NCBI GenBank assembly: GCA_964638585.1
Contig: CAZXAN010000004.1
Coordinates: forward strand, 708 to 64,707
Length of the DNA: 64,000 bases
DNA from: an uncultured Candidatus Saccharibacteria bacterium
Lineage (GTDB): Bacteria > Patescibacteriota > Minisyncoccia > Phycocordibacterales > Phycocordibacteraceae
Direction: 5' to 3'
Shown here: piece by piece, positions 63,217 through 64,000 of the stretch
Layout of the letters: the number at the start of each line of letters is the position of its first letter
Numbering within the stretch: the first letter of the stretch is position 1
Notes under the pieces: model-generated
What the model saw: the letters and a program-made list of their open reading frames with translations, nothing else
What the model was told of the DNA's origin: nothing
The model's database searches: none
Made by a program: the position numbers and the translations under genes

Positions 63217-63763
63217 CGAACTTACCAATCTTTTGCCACCAGAACGCCTAAACAGGCTTTCTCACGACTACTTGATTCGGTTAGCTACAGTTGTTGTTCT
63301 TATGGTGATGATGCTTGTGTTAGTTGCCACAATACTGCTTCTCCCTTCATACGTATTTCTCTCAAAAAACGAAAATGCAAAAAAGAGCCAATTAATGAGT
63401 ATTGGATCAGAAACGTCATCTGACGATGAGAAGAAACTATCAACCAGACTCTCTCTCCTCTCTGATAACACGAAAAGATTGGTCGCCATGAATAAAACCC
63501 AATCTATAAGTACGATTGTCAATAAGGTGCTTGCGATCAATCATTCAGGAATTAGTCTCTCAGGATTCTCATACACTTCAGCTGTTGGCGACAAAAGTGG
63601 CGTACTAGTTGTGTCAGGCACTGCTTCAACACGAGGAGCTTTGCGTAACTACCAGCTTGTTCTAGAGAGTAGTTCGTTTGCGCTCTCTGCCAACTTGCCA
63701 GTCTCTGCATATGCGAAAGACTCACAGATTGAATTTTCAATTACCATAACACTTGCACCATGA
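63209..63763 (+). CDS. pilN: PilN-like pilus assembly protein
   Basis: Short cytoplasmic N-terminus, one TM helix (LATVVVLMVMMLVLVATILLLP), periplasmic region; follows pilM with overlap. Confidence 0.55.
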   Translation: MNNELTNLLPPERLNRLSHDYLIRLATVVVLMVMMLVLVATILLLPSYVFLSKNENAKKSQLMSIGSETSSDDEKKLSTRLSLLSDNTKRLVAMNKTQSISTIVNKVLAINHSGISLSGFSYTSAVGDKSGVLVVSGTASTRGALRNYQLVLESSSFALSANLPVSAYAKDSQIEFSITITLAP

Positions 63764-64000
63764 GACCTGTAATTAATCGCGCAGTCATAGCTTTAGCTCT
63801 GTGTACAGTCTCAATAATTATCTACGGACTGTGGTATATGGTCGTTGAGACTAAAAGTGCCAGAGTTGCCGAGCTACAAAGTCAAATTGATATAAAAAAA
63901 GAAACTGCCGGCCGTATTGCGTTGGCGCGCAATGCGCTTGTGGATATTGCAAGTGATGAGGATACTGTTCAAGGCTATTTTGTTCAAGAAACTGGCATAG
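63760..64000 (+). CDS. pilO: PilO-like protein (partial, continues beyond window)
   Basis: ATGA overlap with pilN stop; TM helix then coiled-coil start (ARVAELQSQIDIKKE). Confidence 0.45.
   Translation, partial: MRPVINRAVIALALCTVSIIIYGLWYMVVETKSARVAELQSQIDIKKETAGRIALARNALVDIASDEDTVQGYFVQETGI

Noticed and set aside
1-64000. CRISPR arrays, rRNA genes, IS elements / transposases
   Set aside because: Looked for regularly spaced direct repeats and transposase-like ORFs on both strands; none found. The only mobile-type genes are the two tRNA-adjacent homing endonucleases.

Overview
This 64 kb window reads as a small, gene-dense bacterial chromosome segment, mostly housekeeping genes. The gene content looks like a Candidate Phyla Radiation / Patescibacteria-type genome; that lineage assignment is inference from gene content only. 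Everything below comes from reading the sequence and translations by eye. No homology or covariance search was run.

Features I can support:
- **Replication and repair genes:** rarA, recJ, the ruvA / ruvB / ruvC / yebC / ruvX set, polA, a short holA-like gene, and dnaA-dnaN with the classic rpmH-rnpA-yidC <- -> dnaA-dnaN origin synteny.
- **Other housekeeping:** nusA, rny, clpP, ppa, hupB, sodA, tpiA, pgk, rnhA, rpmB, rpsT, tsaE, a class A PBP and an L,D-transpeptidase.
- **Type IV pilus genes in three places:** (i) TrmB-like regulator, pilB, pilC, two prepilin-type pseudopilins and a PilX-like gene; (ii) a second pilB-family ATPase; (iii) pilM, pilN and a partial pilO at the window end.
- **Six tRNAs:** Pro(TGG), Gly(TCC), Lys(TTT), Arg(CCG), Arg(GCG), Ser(TGA).
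- **Toxin-antitoxin genes:** a hicB / hicA pair and an apparently orphan MazF/PemK-like toxin.

Observations worth follow-up, most interesting first:
1. A near-textbook type III hammerhead ribozyme on the minus strand at 12211-12259, in the 5' leader of a hypothetical gene.
2. That ribozyme sits in a cassette-like array of four small minus-strand genes (11086-13777); two of them carry copies of a conserved, structured ~150-200 nt upstream element.
3. A cobalamin-riboswitch-like leader in front of an operon that looks like a split transcobalamin-like B12 scavenging system (DUF4430 protein, alpha/alpha-barrel 'prenyltransferase-like' protein, two small membrane proteins).
4. A type IV secretion-like locus (29869-36348): PrgI/VirB3-like protein, VirB4 ATPase split into two ORFs, polytopic VirB6-like membrane protein, TrbC/VirB2-like pilin with a Cys-rich tail, and secreted proteins.
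5. A PaaX-like wHTH regulator gene, bracketed by two copies of a 22 bp palindrome plus a duplicated pseudo-copy of the comEC 5' end, immediately upstream of comEC.
6. Homing endonuclease genes next to tRNA genes: a LAGLIDADG gene starts 2 nt after tRNA-Lys and an HNH gene ends 5 nt before tRNA-Ser.
7. tRNA-Pro flanked by two degenerate partial copies of itself.

No CRISPR array, rRNA gene or recognisable IS element was seen.
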